From contig JAAOMT010000529.1 of the NCBI GenBank assembly GCA_016748015.1, forward strand, positions 66,848-130,847: 64,000 nt of DNA. The letters are read 5' to 3'. Each line of letters begins with the position of its first letter. The stretch's first letter is position 1. The position numbers and the translations under genes are program-made. The notes beneath the pieces were generated by a model. It did no database searches. It saw only the letters and a list, made by a program, of their open reading frames with translations, and had not been told where the DNA came from. Shown piece after piece: positions 1 to 14,740 of this stretch. The stretch comes from Geosiphon pyriformis uo1 (Eukaryota; Fungi; Glomeromycota).

Positions 1-752
1 AATTCGATAAAATATTCAACAGCTCACCAAAATAATCTATAATTTGCAGAAATAACTTGTAGTTTGATAAAATATATCTTTAGTTCGCCAAAACATTAGA
101 AAAAAAAATGCTAGATCATAGAATAGTGCTACAATAAGTTATATAAAAAAAGAGCTTCTTTTTTTGAGAAAATATATCTTAAGTAGAACTAATATCTTTC
201 TTAGTATTTTTTATACAAATCAATTTCAATAAAACTTACTTTAAAAACATAAAAATCCTTAATTATTTCTATTACAAAATTAACCATTCTATACTAATAT
301 TTTGAAATTGATTAGCTACCAATTTTAGTAACTGTTAGCAACTTTCAGATCTGAATCCAAAATGACTCTTTTAACATATTTTATTATTTTTTTCTTCAGT
401 TTATTTTCTTTACTTTTTTTATTTTTTTTATATCATTGAGTAGTCTACAGTCGAGATTTTTTGTAGAAGAGTTGACTTTTATAACAAAGTAACTACACAC
501 ATTTTGATGAGCTTACAAATAAGATTTTACTGTAAAAGAGTCAACTTTTATTGCAAAGTAATTATATAAGTAATTGGCACAGAATTGGTGATTTTATTAT
601 AAGCCCAACAGCATATATAGTCTAAACTATAGAGAAATACTTTGAAAGAGAAATTAGCTTATTGAAGGTTCACTGACTTCCATTAACAACAGAATTACTA
701 GCAAAACAGTATTAACAACATTAAAAAAAGAGTAAAAAAACTTTTAATAACA
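1..752 (+). mobile_element. Degenerate LTR (family B), truncated by the window start; opposite orientation to the copies at 27816-28798 and 63177-64000
   Basis: Reverse-complement similarity to both other copies, e.g. 141-180 ATATAAAAAAAGAGCTTCTTTTTTTGAGAAAATATATCTT vs AGATACATTTTCTCAAAAAAAGAAGCTCTTCTTTTATAC at 28381. Ends ...TAATAACA at 752. Confidence 0.75.
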
Positions 753-3700
753 CTGATTAAAACTTTTTAAGTGATTAACCAGTTAAGTTTTAACTAATTA
801 AAAATATTACATAATTAATTATTTTAATAAAACTTTTTAAATAGTTAATTAATTAGGTCTTAATTATAAATACTACTTGTTTAAATATAACAATATTATT
901 TTATTTAAAAAATATAACTGTTTTAAGTAGAATAAACATTTTTTTGGTTTTATTAATCTAAAGAATAATAGAAAATTATTAAATAAAACAAGATTGATTT
1001 TATAAAAAATAAGTAAAAAGTTTAAATATTTAGTTTTTAAACTTAAAAGTTTTTTGAAATACTATTAAAAAACAATAAATTGTGTTAAAATAATATTTTA
1101 TTACAGAAATATGTATAAAAATAAAATAAATAATTTTCAGAAAATGTAAAAAAATAAATAGTTTGAATTCGTATAAGTTATATATAATTCAGTTAATAAT
1201 ACATATTAAGAAAAAAATTTTGTTAAAAAAAAGTTTTTAGTTTTGTAATTGCTTGTCAAAAATAGTTTTAAATTATGAAAATAGTTATAAAAAAATATTT
1301 ACAAATATTGCAAAGAAAGTAAACTTAATTGAAAAAATGTGAAGTTAAGAATATTTAAAAGTATTTAGTTTAAAAATTTTTGATAAGATGAATTAGACTT
1401 TTAATAATAAAAAATTATCTGGAGCTTATTTTTTAATATTATATTTAATAACTAAAAGTTATTATTACTAATTATTAAAATTAAGCTGTCTTGAATTGAA
1501 ATTGCATATTAAAATTAAGTTTGCTAAATTACTTTTTTTATTATATTGAAGATTTCTCATTTGTTGTAATTTTTGATTTTGTTTTCAACTTTGCCATTAT
1601 TGTGTTTTAAATATTTCTTAATAATATTAAAAATGCTTTGAAATGTTTAATAAAATTTTTATTGTTAAGCAAAAATTTGTTAATTAATTTTAAACCAAAA
1701 AAGGTATTGTCTTTGAAAATACTTTTAAATCCAAAGTCAATTAATTTTTTTGGTTGTATAATCTATAAAATTGATAACATAATTGGTCAAATTTATAATT
1801 TAATATGTTTTATTTACTAATTACTTGTTTTTAATTATCACCAAAAACATACAATCGTAATCTTTAAATTTCAAAAAAAAATTCAATACTGCTGTTGTTA
1901 AAACTGGTAAAAAATATTCAAAATTTAAAAATTAATATTATGTTATGAACTAAATATATTCATTTAGCATGAATTAATGTTATTTGAAAATTATTTACAA
2001 TTTGTAAATTATTTTTAAATTGTTATTTTTGAGCACATGTTTGAGATACTTATTTGTTTAAAAGCTCTGACCAGTTAAAAGAGATAAAAAAAGACTCATT
2101 CAATAAGGATGCATGATTTTGGAGATCAGTCTGCTGTTGCAAATCAGTTATACTAAATTTTATGAAATGACTGAGGCATAAGCCTTTTGTTGAAATTTAA
2201 TCGATGTAATTAAGTTATGTTAATTTAATTTTAGAGAATGCACTTTTACCATGGGTTTGTACATTATAATTAAGAAATTTGAAGGCAGATTAAATACATG
2301 ATGCGTAATGAAAATTGAGTTAAGCTTATACCTTTACCGAAAATAACAACTTTGATACCTGACAACAGGGTAAACTGCGACCAATGTTAGCGTAAACTGT
2401 TCAATTGGATATTTACTATCTGATTTAAAAAACGATTTTGCAATTTTTATTTTATTCTTTTGAGAGGGTTATAATTAGATTAGTTAGAAAATGCTTCATC
2501 ATGAAAAAAACCCAACTTCAAACTATGTTTAAAGAGAACAGCTGCATGAAATGCTTGTGATCTAAATTTGGAATGGATTGATTTTGTTTAGGAAGTGAAA
2601 AATGTAGATTGACACTTTAAAAGTTAATGTATGTCATATGGTCGATTGCATCTTTCAATTGTGGAAGCGAACTAAAATCAAATGTTTATTTTTCTCTCTT
2701 TTAAATTTCTATCCTCGTCATAGTTTATAGAATGGACCTTTCCTTACTTGCTGTGCGGGGTATGATCTGTTCTTCCATATTTGCAACCTTAAAAAACATA
2801 AAAGTATTAAGAAATCTTGCAACTTCTCACACTTACTCTTTTTGAGATATTGACTCGCCTTTTTTATGATTTTTGCTTTGCAGGTGTTTTTTCACCCGTT
2901 TTATCTGCTTTTTGATTACTATATATAAAGTGCATAAAAACATAATATTTCAAAAACAAATAAGAGAATTGTTTATCTTCTATAAGTACTTAGAAGTTTC
3001 GTTTGTCTTCCATTTTAATAACTAGCTATTGTTCTCGAAAAATGTTGATCACACAATGTATTCGCATATTGTTTGGCCGATGGACCTATATGATATATCA
3101 TTTTAAAAGTTGAAGCGCCACATTCTCAATACACAAAATATGATCCCAGAAGAGAATGAGAACAAAATAAAACGTTGATATGGAGGATGACAAAGTGTTT
3201 CAAGTTCAGTGTTACGAAAGTATCTTTAACCCTTAAGTTCCGGTTGATACGATATAACAGCAATTTGCTATTTGGAAACTTGGAAAGGTTTGCGACTTAC
3301 TTGTATTGATCAATGATAATAAGTTGTGGACAATCTTAATGATACAAATGAAAAGGAGTCTTTGTACATTGTCGGATTAAGTATCTATTACAATTCCTTG
3401 TACCAGTAACATAAATGTTTTATAAAAATATTCAACTCTGCCCACAGCTCTATGTTGAAAAAAAATATGGGTATGGAGGTATGGATTAATGAAATACTGT
3501 GTTGAAACAAACGTCAGTGTTACAGCGATGAAGAAGGTTTTGATCAAGGTATTGGCTTAGAATGTCATGGGGCTTCATTCATCACTTGAGGTAGGTTCTT
3601 GCCTTGACCCCTTCTTTTCTATGAAGATGAAATAATCTCTTAATATTGATTAAGCAAATCGGAAGCGAAAGCATAATAATAAAGGTCATTTATTGACAAG

Positions 3701-4589
3701 ACATACAGATGACAATTCGTGGTATTTTTTTTTAAAATGAATCATGAGGATAAATCAAAAGTTTAGCATTCTATTCAGAAGCATTCATTAATCATTAAAA
3801 TGAGCAATTAGGAGATAACATTGTTTGCCTTTTAAAGGAAGCGGAAAAAATGACAATGTATTTATATTAAACCAGTTTTAAAATCGTTAAAAACTCAAGT
3901 CATAATTGATGATAATTAATGATATTTCTTTTTCATTAAATTTTTCATTATACTTTATTTATCAAATTTTTGATTATAAATATATATATTTATAAAAATA
4001 ATTTGTTTTTATATTTTTAAATAACAATAGTATCAGAAATAATTTAATATAAAAAACTGTTTATTATTGTTTATTAAAATAATTAAAACTTGAAACTATG
4101 AAACAAAAACAATCTTTGAATTATTCAATTATTCATAATATTTAGAAAAAAGAAATTAAAATATTATTGAAATAAATAATTATAATTATATAATTTTGTA
4201 TTTTTTTTTTTTCATTTTAGGATTTGGTTATCTGTTCAGATAGGATAGATAGATAGATAGATAGATTCATTGATAGTTGTGTTCAGAAAATGTATGGGAT
4301 ATAAGAGTTATAATTTGATGATTATATTAAATCGATAAAAAGCGGTCATTAGTTTTAACCAGTGTAATAAATATATATATATATGAACACAAATGACAAA
4401 TAGTTGTTTTCAAAAAAAAAATCTTGATTTTACAACTTTAAATCCTTTCAAACGCTTTTTCTCATATTTCATTCAGAAACTTTTCCCACCGAAATAAAAA
4501 TTTAAAACATGTGTTTTTTTGTACTCATTTGAAAAATAAAAAAATACAAAAAAAAAGTTAAATTCAAATAAATTATTTTTAGAAAACTT

Positions 4590-4594
4590 TTATT

Positions 4595-4636
<42 letters not shown>

Positions 4637-4850
4637 GCCTTTAATTCTTTATTCAAATTAGAATTAAAAAATAATATTTAAAAAAAAAACTTGAAAATCA
4701 TATATTTGTTTTAATGCTTATTTTAAAAGTTTCATACTTTTGGAACAAAAATCAATAAATCAATAAATCAATAAATCAATAAGTAATAAACAATAAATAA
4801 TAAATAATAAATAAATATATATAATCAATAAATAAATAAATATATATATT
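4590..4850. repeat. (TTA)n microsatellite and (TCAATAAA)n short tandem repeats
   Basis: Visible tandem runs at ~4590-4636 and ~4750-4830. Confidence 0.8.
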
Positions 4851-5714
4851 TATTAATTAATTAATAAAATCTATTTTTAAATTTGATTTTTTAGAATTGT
4901 AAATATTTTGTCATTTTTTGACCAGAAATTTCTTGGCAAAAAATATTTTCTTAATTGGATTTATCGATTTAGAAATGATATGTATATATATTTTTTGTTT
5001 ATTGTTAAAATGGTCGGTGAAATGAAATTTTTTTTATCACTTTATCAATAAATAAATAAGTCATTTCAACGAAAAACCATTTAATTTGGAACTATATTAT
5101 CTGGTTTTTGAGTTTTAATATAGATTTATTAAAATTATACTTTGCTGATTTTTGTAAATGTTCTTGTATTTTGTGAAACATCGTAAATTACTATTTTTTT
5201 TTTTCTTTGAAAAAGGTGGTAAAAATTCTAAAATTTTATTATATATGTTTCTCTACATTTTGTTTCATTTTTTAATGTCATGCATTAAAATTCTTTTTAC
5301 ACAAAATCAAGTTCAAGTATCATGCTTTTCGGATATTAGTTCCTATTTTGGCCTGACTTTATTTAACAAAATGCCTAAAATATGGCTGAAGGACTTTTCT
5401 AATATAGACGCATCCAAACTCAATGTATCGACTCCTGCAGATAACAGGTTTTTGATTATTCAAATTAAGTTTCAGGAGACTTATTTTGGTTTCATTACAA
5501 TTTTGTTTTATTGACAATAGCTTCAAACACAAAAATTCCCCATTCATTTATCGTAAAAGGAATTCGTCCTTTTTTTGGTTTCAATTTTATTTTAGATTTT
5601 TCTCGAGTTCAATGAAACTAGCTGTATATGTTAATTGTATTTTACAATCTTTATCTATTTTAAAACGTGATGAAAAATTTCAAAGCAATTAACTAAAAAT
5701 TACGTTTCTAATTT

Positions 5715-6966
5715 TCAAGGATGTCCACTTCTTAAAATAGTTATAGCTTTACCGGGTCTCTTCTGCCCCTTCAACACGTCAACACACCCCTGAGGAGTAT
5801 CGTTAACATTACATTTTCCAACAACAAACAAATCTGTTCCCTTAGGTCCACCAAGCTCTAAATTAGTGGGATTGGTAAAACTCAATTTAATCGTGGCCAA
5901 CAATACTCCTTTTGGTGAGAATTTTTTTACTTCGCCGGCACCATTTCGTGTTACATAAAGGTTTCCTTCAATGTCAGCTCTAATCCCATCAATGTCAATC
6001 GCTTGAGTTTTATCGAATTTCCCAAAATCGACAAAAATTTGTGGCTTTCCGATTATTCCACCAGTTTTTTTGTTTAATTTGAACTTTAAAATTTTATTGG
6101 AGATTACGGTGCCATTTTTGTTAAATGCCTCCGAAAGATAGAGGGTTCGTTCGTCAGGAGAGACTTCGATCCCGTTCGTTCGGCCAAAAATTCCCAAGCG
6201 TTTAGCCTTTTGGAGGAGAAGAAGAAGAAGAAAGGAATAAAGATAATGTTTGTAAGTTTTTTTTGATGATATTAAAACCTCAACCCTAAATCTCCTTTTT
6301 GAAAAAAAAATTGATAATTACCTTTCCAGCTTTATCACAAAGCCACAGATCCCCGTCACCAACTTTGGTATCGGCAGTAAAATTTTGTCCTGATAAATAA
6401 ACCCTTCCACTCTTTGTAACCGCTAAATCATTTGGTTGCAAGATTTTCGGATCCTGACAAAACACCTTTTTCGTAACATTACCATTAGCTTCAGAAGTCA
6501 ATTGAAGAACTGCATGACTTTTTACATCCCCTACAAGCGCAATATCAACATCTTTTTTGCCACTCGGGATGAATCGAATAGCGTTAAAGAAATTCGTTGC
6601 ATCACCACGAAAGAAACATTTTTGTTCTGGGTTTGCTTGGCCGATATGAAATTCTTCTTTATTAAAGTTGACGGCGAATAAGTTACCAGCAGTATTTACT
6701 GCAGCTCCCTCGATTCCTGGTCCAAATTTGGAAGTCTGATTTGTTAAAAAGGATGTTGCGGTGAAAGTTTGAGGCTTTGGTGCTGGTGCTGGTACTGGTT
6801 TTTTTATGATAGGTTTAGGTTTTGGTGTTGCTTCTGGTCCGCTTACGACAGATTTGGTTTTTGATGTTTTCGGCTTATTAGGATTTTGTTCACCATGTGC
6901 TAAAGTTTGACTAGTTGATAGTGTCAAAATTATGGCGATGATGCCAGAAAGAAGTTGAAATTTCAT
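5715..6966 (-). CDS. Secreted SMP-30/gluconolactonase/LRE-family six-bladed beta-propeller; 2 exons (6966-6322, 6206-5715), ~378 aa
   Basis: ATG at 6966 with a hydrophobic signal peptide (MKFQLLSGIIAIILTLSTSQTLA) and a Pro/Lys-rich linker. Family motifs GIEG, PNDL, TNGIEVSPDERTLY, DGIRADIEGNLYV and PTNLELGG. GT..AG intron 6321-6207 joins the two ORFs in frame. Confidence 0.88.
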
Positions 6967-9900
6967 TTTTGGTTTAATTTTTTCTGGAAAGGCTGGCTTT
7001 CGAATTTGCAAGTGATTTTTTTCAGGCTTTGAAAATGTCAAATAAATAGGTGGTTTAATAAGATCTCGCTCGGCGAAAAAGTTTAATAAAGAAAAAAATA
7101 TAAGGAAGTTTTTACAAAATTTCTTTATGAAAACGAAGACTAGCTATCGTTCTAAAGAAAACACGGATAAACTGACAGACTTGCTGATCAGATATTAATT
7201 TGCTTTTGAAACCAAAAAGAGAATCGGGGACTTTTTAACGAGAGATGAAAAAAAATGTTCCATTTTTATACCTTTTTGTGAACTAGTCTTTTTCTCTTAG
7301 AATGAAAACAGCATGGCATGCAGGCTCATAGAAGAGAACAATTAAATCAAACACACACAACTTTTTTGATTGGTGAATATAATTTTAACAAATAATATAT
7401 TTAAGCAAACTCTTAAAGCTCGAAATGATTAACAACAAAAATGATTCATGTAAAACAATATGTTTAAGAATTTTTTTTTTACACCTCAAAACTTGATGTA
7501 TGGTTAAATTTCGTGTTACTTGATTTGGAAATAATTATTAACGTGTACATATTGTTATAATATTAATTTAGTTTGGGACGGGGAAAATCAGTTATGTTTT
7601 TATCAAATATATCATTTCCCATTTACAAAAACCGCAATATATGTATTTTTTTACTTTATGATTGACTAAATGTAAATTTACTTTGAAATCCCCGATGTAA
7701 CTTTTGTTTCATGTCAAAATTAATTTTAAATTTGTGTAATTTTAACCATGCGCCTAAAATGCTGTGTGCTTAGCTAATGAGTTAGTGGCTTAAATATCCT
7801 ACTTATAGTAAGTGGCTTAAGCTTGGAACCAAATCTCATATGCAAATATTAGAAAAAGATATCACAATTTCGCTAAAAGGTTTCAAATTCAAACATTTAT
7901 TTTGAATTTTCATTCATGATTCTTTTTATGGTTTACGATTTTCACAATTTTTTCTTATTTATCCTTATCATTCTTTTGGTAATTTGAGAATTTTCTCTTT
8001 TTTAAGATCATTACTATTTTGAAAACATAATTGAAAACATTAAATATGTACTTTTGATTGTATTGTAAATATTTATTTATATGTTTGTTTTTTTTGTTAT
8101 TTTGGACATGAAAAATCCTAATAAATGTATATTAGTATTAGAATTTTAATTATAGACTTATAAGAATGTTTGAGAATGTTTGAGAATCTTTAATTTTTGA
8201 TAATTAACAAAAATAAAACGAATAAACTTGTAATTTTAGTTGGGTGTGCCTCGAATTCCTAAAAATTTTTTAAATATAGTTACAATTCTCCTTTCTTGTG
8301 ACGATTATTTGAAAGTAACTTTTTACCGAAAATTTTGCTGATTTTTCCTTGTTTTTATAGGGAGTTTTAGAAAATATCCAAAAGTAGGTTTTAAAAAATG
8401 TAATCTGAAATCTGAAATGTTTCAGCCTTGTTAATCCTTTGTAAGAGGGAGTGTCACACACAGTAACCCCTATGAATAGATTGAAATTTAATTGATAAGA
8501 AACTTTGATTCTTTGATTTTACATGAAATTAAAGTTTTGTACGACATTTTTTTTTGACTAAAAGCCTTTGTTTTATGTCAAACATAATACATTTATCTAT
8601 AATAATTTTAAAACGCCATACAGATTATGTGCTCTCTAATAATATCTATTGGTTGAAAAAAAGAGATACTTTTTTAAAAGTTTTTGTTAATTTTTGGTTT
8701 TCGAATTTTTTAATAGATAAAAAAGTATATTTCTCGCTAATTATATTGAACTTTTTATTTTATTCATTTCTATGGAAATCTTTTTACCAATTGGTTTCAT
8801 ATGAGATACTAAATAAGTATTAAAGATATTTAATTGAAAAAAAAAGTGAAATTTTATTCTTAAATTTTATTTGAAATCATTCAAATAATCTTAATTACCA
8901 TTTATTTATTTATTTTTTATTGTTATTTTTGCTTTTATTACAATTTTACAATATATATATATAAATATTTTCTTCTTATCAATGGCAATATAATATACAT
9001 ATTCATATGTGTATTATTAAAAATTTTTATTTATACAATTTTTGTAAAATGAGAATAAAATTATTTTTATCATACAAAAAAAGTTAAATAAATTTGTTAT
9101 ATTATTAAAATTGAATAAAATATTTTTAACAGAAATTATTATTTTTGAAATGTTAGATTAATTAATAGAATTTTTTTTTAATTTAAAAAAATATATTAAA
9201 TTTAAATATTAATATTTTTAATTTATTTTTATAAAATTATAAAATTATATATATAATTATATAATAGATTTTACAAAATTTTTAAAAAATCTATTAAAAA
9301 AATTAAGTTTAATTAATATTATTTATGTTAATTTTTAAACATATATTAATTATAAAAATAAATTTTTTTTTGAAAATATAAATTCAAAATATTTTATTTT
9401 AAGATTTTGATAATTATAGATATTTTTTATTATTTATTTCAATATTTAATTTTTTTTATCAATTAGTAAAATATTATAAATAAAATTACTTAAAATATTT
9501 TTCAATAAATATAAAATATAAAAATATTTCGTAAAAATTTAATATTAAATTAATATTAAATTTTTTGGAATATATTTTATTATTAAATGAATATTTGTTT
9601 TTAATTAAACATTTTTAAAAAATTTTATAATAAATATTTAAAACTGTTATAAATAATTCAATTTTATTAATTTCTAAAATTGGATATTTATTATTATTTA
9701 TTTTAAGAACTCTTTTTTTAAAGTTTATAAAAAAAGTTTTATTAACCTAAATCAATTGAATTAAAGATTCAGACCAAAGTAATTTTAGCAAATTAAAGAG
9801 ACAAATAATTGAATAATTAAGTGATTATTTTATCTTTTGCTTAATAATAAAAATAATAATTAATATAGTAAAGTTGTTTATTATTCTTTGATGATTGAGT

Positions 9901-10470
9901 ATGATTCATTGTGATTTATATTTATGTTTATATTTATAATAAATTAATAACGTATATATATCATAAAATACTGAAATAAATATAATAAAAGCAGCTTTTA
10001 TTGAATAAACAAACAAACCAAACGTAAACAAGCTTTAAATCATTTTTGTATTATATATTATATACCCAGATACAATTTATTCGATTATAAAAAAAGTATT
10101 GATAAACTTTTGACGGAGGGTCTGTAATAAATATTATCAAAGGGTATATCAACCTATATATATATCACTTATGAAAAGATTAACTAACGCTAAATATGAT
10201 AGATAGTAAAATAAATATCAATCAATTGCGTATACTGTAATTATATTCTCAATTTTGTTCATTAGGTAAATAGATTAATTCTTTTAAAATTAAATTAAAT
10301 TAAATTAAGGTAAATTATTAATATCGTGTATAATAATAAAAATTAAATCAATGAATTAATTAAATTATACTCAAGAATTATTGCAAAATTACAAATATTA
10401 TTAATAAAACATTATAAAACATATTCTTAAAACAATTAAAGATACATCTAAATATATAAAAACAGATAAA

Positions 10471-11927
10471 CTAACCTTTTGTTTCTTCAATTATTTGCAA
10501 AGTTAAAACACGACTTTTATAAACTGATCCAGGATGAATGCGCGTTGACGTTATCACTTCATATTTTGCCATTTCTTTTATGTATTTCTCTGATTCTTTA
10601 AAATGTTTCAATTTTGCCCTCTTAGTAGACTTTCTTGTACACTTATTGTCATACATCTCCTTAAGTTCCTCCAACATAAAATAAACTTCTTTCGCAATAG
10701 GACGATTCTCAGGATTAACATCCCAACACTTTACAATTATTTCGGCAACTGAAGGTGGAATAAGTGGGGAAGTAATCATAGGTCTGTGACCATTTAAATA
10801 GCCATTATAAGAATATGATCATGTTTACAATCATGAAAAAGAGGCTTTCCTGTTGCTAATTCCCATAATAACATGGCAAAACTATAAATATTACCAGCCA
10901 CAGTAAACTTTTCTCCTCTTAAAACTTCTGGTGGAATGTATGGATAAATTCTATATATCTTTTTTTCCTTCATGTCTTTTCATGTTGCTTCTGAGTTTGA
11001 GCTTGGTTCATTGTCTACTGGTTGACATAATCCGAGGTCTCCAATATGTACATCAATGGCATTTAATTGTAGGATGTAGGTCACGATGAACCATATCAGA
11101 AGAATGAATTTGTGAAAGTCCAGAAGCTATATCACGCGTAATCCATAATTTATCTTTCCAACTCATTGAATGAAAATTCGTTGATAAATATTTTCGCATG
11201 TCTCCATGTTCGACAAAGTACATCACAATTCCATACTCGAGTGTTTCAGCGTTTTGCGTAATGCCAATTATTGAAGAGATATAATAACTTAAATACCCAT
11301 TCTTAATAATCATAGCTCTTTGAATATTTAACTATCGACACAGTGTAAAAAAAGATAACTTAAGTAAAATAAAATAATCAATAATAGATAATACAAATAA
11401 TATGCAGTAAATAAATAAATAATAGATAAATATGAATCAAACACAAATAATAATAATTTTTTTTACCTCTTTAAACACTTCTTCACAGTTCGTTTTTATA
11501 ATTTTTCATCTCTTCCACCTAAAAATTGAACGAATCAAATTTTTTTCTTTCATATTCCATTTCACCATGATGTTTTATACTTTCTGGATCAATCTTTCCA
11601 TCAACCCATGTTGCTTTATAAATTATACTGAACCCTCCTTTAGCAATTTGTTTGATATTCGATAAACGCTCCCATGGAATCCATTCATAATGATTCAAAC
11701 TACCATAATCATCTTCATCTTCATTATTAGATGGAATATATATTGGATAATTATTTCATCAACATCTTTATTGCCGCTTGAAAAGTCTTTATAATTTTTT
11801 TCTAAAAATATGAAGTGGCATGCGTTACAATAATTTTCACCATTATCTTTAATACTCTTTTGACATTGTTTACACAGGTTGCAATCATGAGCATCTAGAC
11901 GATGTCTATTAATTTTTTGTTTTCCAT
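10471..11927 (-). pseudogene. TKL-type protein kinase pseudogene (copy A)
   Basis: Collinear with the intact kinase at 37442 (MENK start, EWIPWE, intron after FKE, GITQN, HRDL, IPPEVLRGE, CWDVNPENRP, ETKG). Has a 1-bp deletion in codon 5, an 11-bp deletion in the catalytic loop and further lesions. Confidence 0.88.
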
Positions 11928-12232
11928 GATATAAATAAAGGATAAAGAAGGATAAAATGTGAATAATTTATTATTATTCAAAGAGGGTTTCTTTAAAGGT
12001 TTATTTGATAGTAAGTTTAGAAAGTTATTTGTCTAAAGGAGAGTTCTTATTTATGTTGTTTCTTCTATGTTCACATAGTGTAACAAATCAATTTATTAAC
12101 CTTATTCATCAGACTGCGAGAAGCTACAAATCAATATAAATAGGTTTAACTATAAGTAGCTATAATACACAAACAAGTTTCCCATTGTCTCATTGTTTTA
12201 TTTTCTAAACGAGTAGTTCAATTTCTTTGTAG

Positions 12233-12325
12233 AACAACAATAACAACAATAACAATAACAAATACAACAATTACAACAATTACAACAATTACAACAATTA
12301 CAACAATGACAACAATTACAATAAG
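12233..12325. repeat. (ACA/ACAATT)n microsatellite upstream of kinase copy A
   Basis: Directly visible; homologous tracts lie at 37128-37175 and 52185-52306. Confidence 0.8.
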
Positions 12326-14114
12326 AATAAAAGATATGCAGCAAAAATCTATTTAAAATTTTTTAATGCATTAAAGCAGTAAAGTTTATTATTTTTATTA
12401 ACTTTAGATACTTTGATCTAAAATGAAAATGATATCAATGCTTAACTTTAGGATTATTGATTATTCAACTGATTGAAGAATATTGGTCTGAATTTTAATC
12501 ATTTATCAAAAAACTATTAAAATATAAATTAGATCTTTTTTTATGCTTAAATTTTGTATAAAGCTTTATTTATATTTGAATAACATTATTAATTATTAGC
12601 TTTTAACCTCTTAATTTAATATTACCTTACTAAAGTTAATTATACTCCTATTTCATTCAAGATCCTCCGTTGATGAAATCATTACTTAAAACACTAATTC
12701 AAATTGGTGGTCATAAATCTTTGAAAAGATTTCACAATGAGTTGTAAATGGTATTATCAATTTTATGCCTAAAACAGTATTAATGGCTAAAATGAATAAC
12801 AATAGCAACTATATTCTTCATTATCTTTTTGTTATTTTTTAATATAAAACATGAATTAAAGTTTAAATCCTAATTAGCCATAGAAAAGACTAAAATTAAG
12901 TAATATCTTTTAACTAATTATCAATTAAATATTTTTTATATAAATCTTAAGGCTATTAGTAGCTGAAATAAAAAATATATATATTCTCAATCGATAAAAA
13001 TAACTGATCAAAATTCCTTATAAAATAATATAATAAACAAAATAAAAGCATAAGTAAAAAAATTAATTAAATAAAAATATTTAAAAAGACTGAATAGATA
13101 ATGTTTATTTCTATAAAATTAAAATTGTTAAAACAATTAAAAAATAAAATTATATAATTATTTTGAATATTTAAAAAGTTTAATATATTTTTTAATATAA
13201 AATTTTAATTTATTTATTTATTGAAGAAAACTTCATATTTTATTAACATAGAAAAATACAGCAATTTTATTATTATAAATCTATAAGGTATTTGAATATT
13301 TTAAATTTTATAAATATTAAAGCTGATTAAAATATTTTGGTTTAATTAATAAATAATACTGAAATCGGTTTTTTAAAAATTTTTAAAACACATAATTTAT
13401 TGTTTTTAATACATGATTAAGTTTTTTTAAAATTTTAAAATTTTTTAAATAAAAAACTTGAGATTTCAATTTTTTAAAATTAAATCTAAAATATTGATTT
13501 CATTTTAATTTATTATGCTTTAACAAAGTTTTAATCCACCAATATCTTAATATATACTTTTTTTAATTTAAAAAAATATAAATAATTCGAAATGTAATTT
13601 AAAAATCGTTTTTAAAATAAATGGTATTAATTTTTTATTCAAGTTTACTAAATTTATAATATTATTTTACATTAAAAAAAAATATAATAGTTTTAGAAAT
13701 TTTTATTCGTATTCAATAAATAATTAGTCGAATTATTCAAGAATTTAGATTTATATATTTTAATATCAAAAGAATTAATTTACTTAAGGCTATTTATTAG
13801 ACAGTTTTAACATTTTTTTAGAAATAAAATTCTTTAAAAATTTGTTATTAAGTTATTTTATAAAATATATATCATTCAATTTTTATTAAAATTCAATAAT
13901 TTTTGATTGTATAATTAAGAAAATTTTAATTTTAATTTTAAATTGTGATATTTGTCATTGTAAAAATATATCTATATATAATTTTTTTAATTATATTTTT
14001 TACTTGTATATTTTTAATATATTAAAAATAAATTTACAAGAAAAAAACATTAAATATATTTAAAAAAATTGTTTAAGTAAAAATAATAATTTCCTATACT
14101 TATATCTCTTTTAT

Positions 14115-14740
14115 ATTGGGGATTACGCAAAATGCTGAAACACTCAAGTATGGAATTGTGATGGATTTTGCAAATATTTATCAACAACTTTTTATTCCAT
14201 GATTAAGTCTGATAAATTAGATATTGCAAGTAGTATAGCTCTTGGATTTGATTTTATTTGATTTGATTTGATTTGATTTGATTCATTCTTTTGGTATGTT
14301 AACCTACAAATGATGAAGCAACAATAGCAACAAAAACAACAAGAAAAGCAATGGAGGAAAAAAAGGAATATTTGGAGTGATTCTATACATTCCACCAGAA
14401 GTTTTAAGAGGTGAAAAGTTTACAGAAAGGAGTGTTATTTATTGTTATTATGAGAATTAGCAAGAGAAAAGTGTCCATTTTATGATTGTTCTCATGATTA
14501 TATTCTTATAATGACTATTTTAAATGGTCAAAGACCTAAGATTACCTTTCTACTTATTTCACCTTCAATTGCCGAAATGATTATAAAGTGTTGGAATGCT
14601 AATTCTAAGAATCGTCCTATTGCTAAAGAAGTTTACGAGGAGTTGAATAGACTCCCTTATAGTTTCAAGTTTATGAAATCAGAAAAGTACATAAAAGAAA
14701 GTACAAAAGGCGATGGCTTGACAACAACAACAAGCATTTA
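14115..14740 (+). pseudogene. Highly degraded TKL kinase pseudogene (copy B, C-terminal exon only)
   Basis: GITQNAETLKYGIVM, IPPEVLRGEKF and KCWNANSKNRPIA are recognisable. Multiple deletions and an (ATTTG)n expansion at ~14246-14283. Confidence 0.85.

Noticed and set aside
1638-8823. Short AT-rich ORFs (1638, 5158, 5359, 5486, 8270, 8554) and the many antisense ORFs over genes and TEs elsewhere
   Set aside because: Low-complexity F/L/I/K/N composition or shadows of real coding sequence; no motifs.
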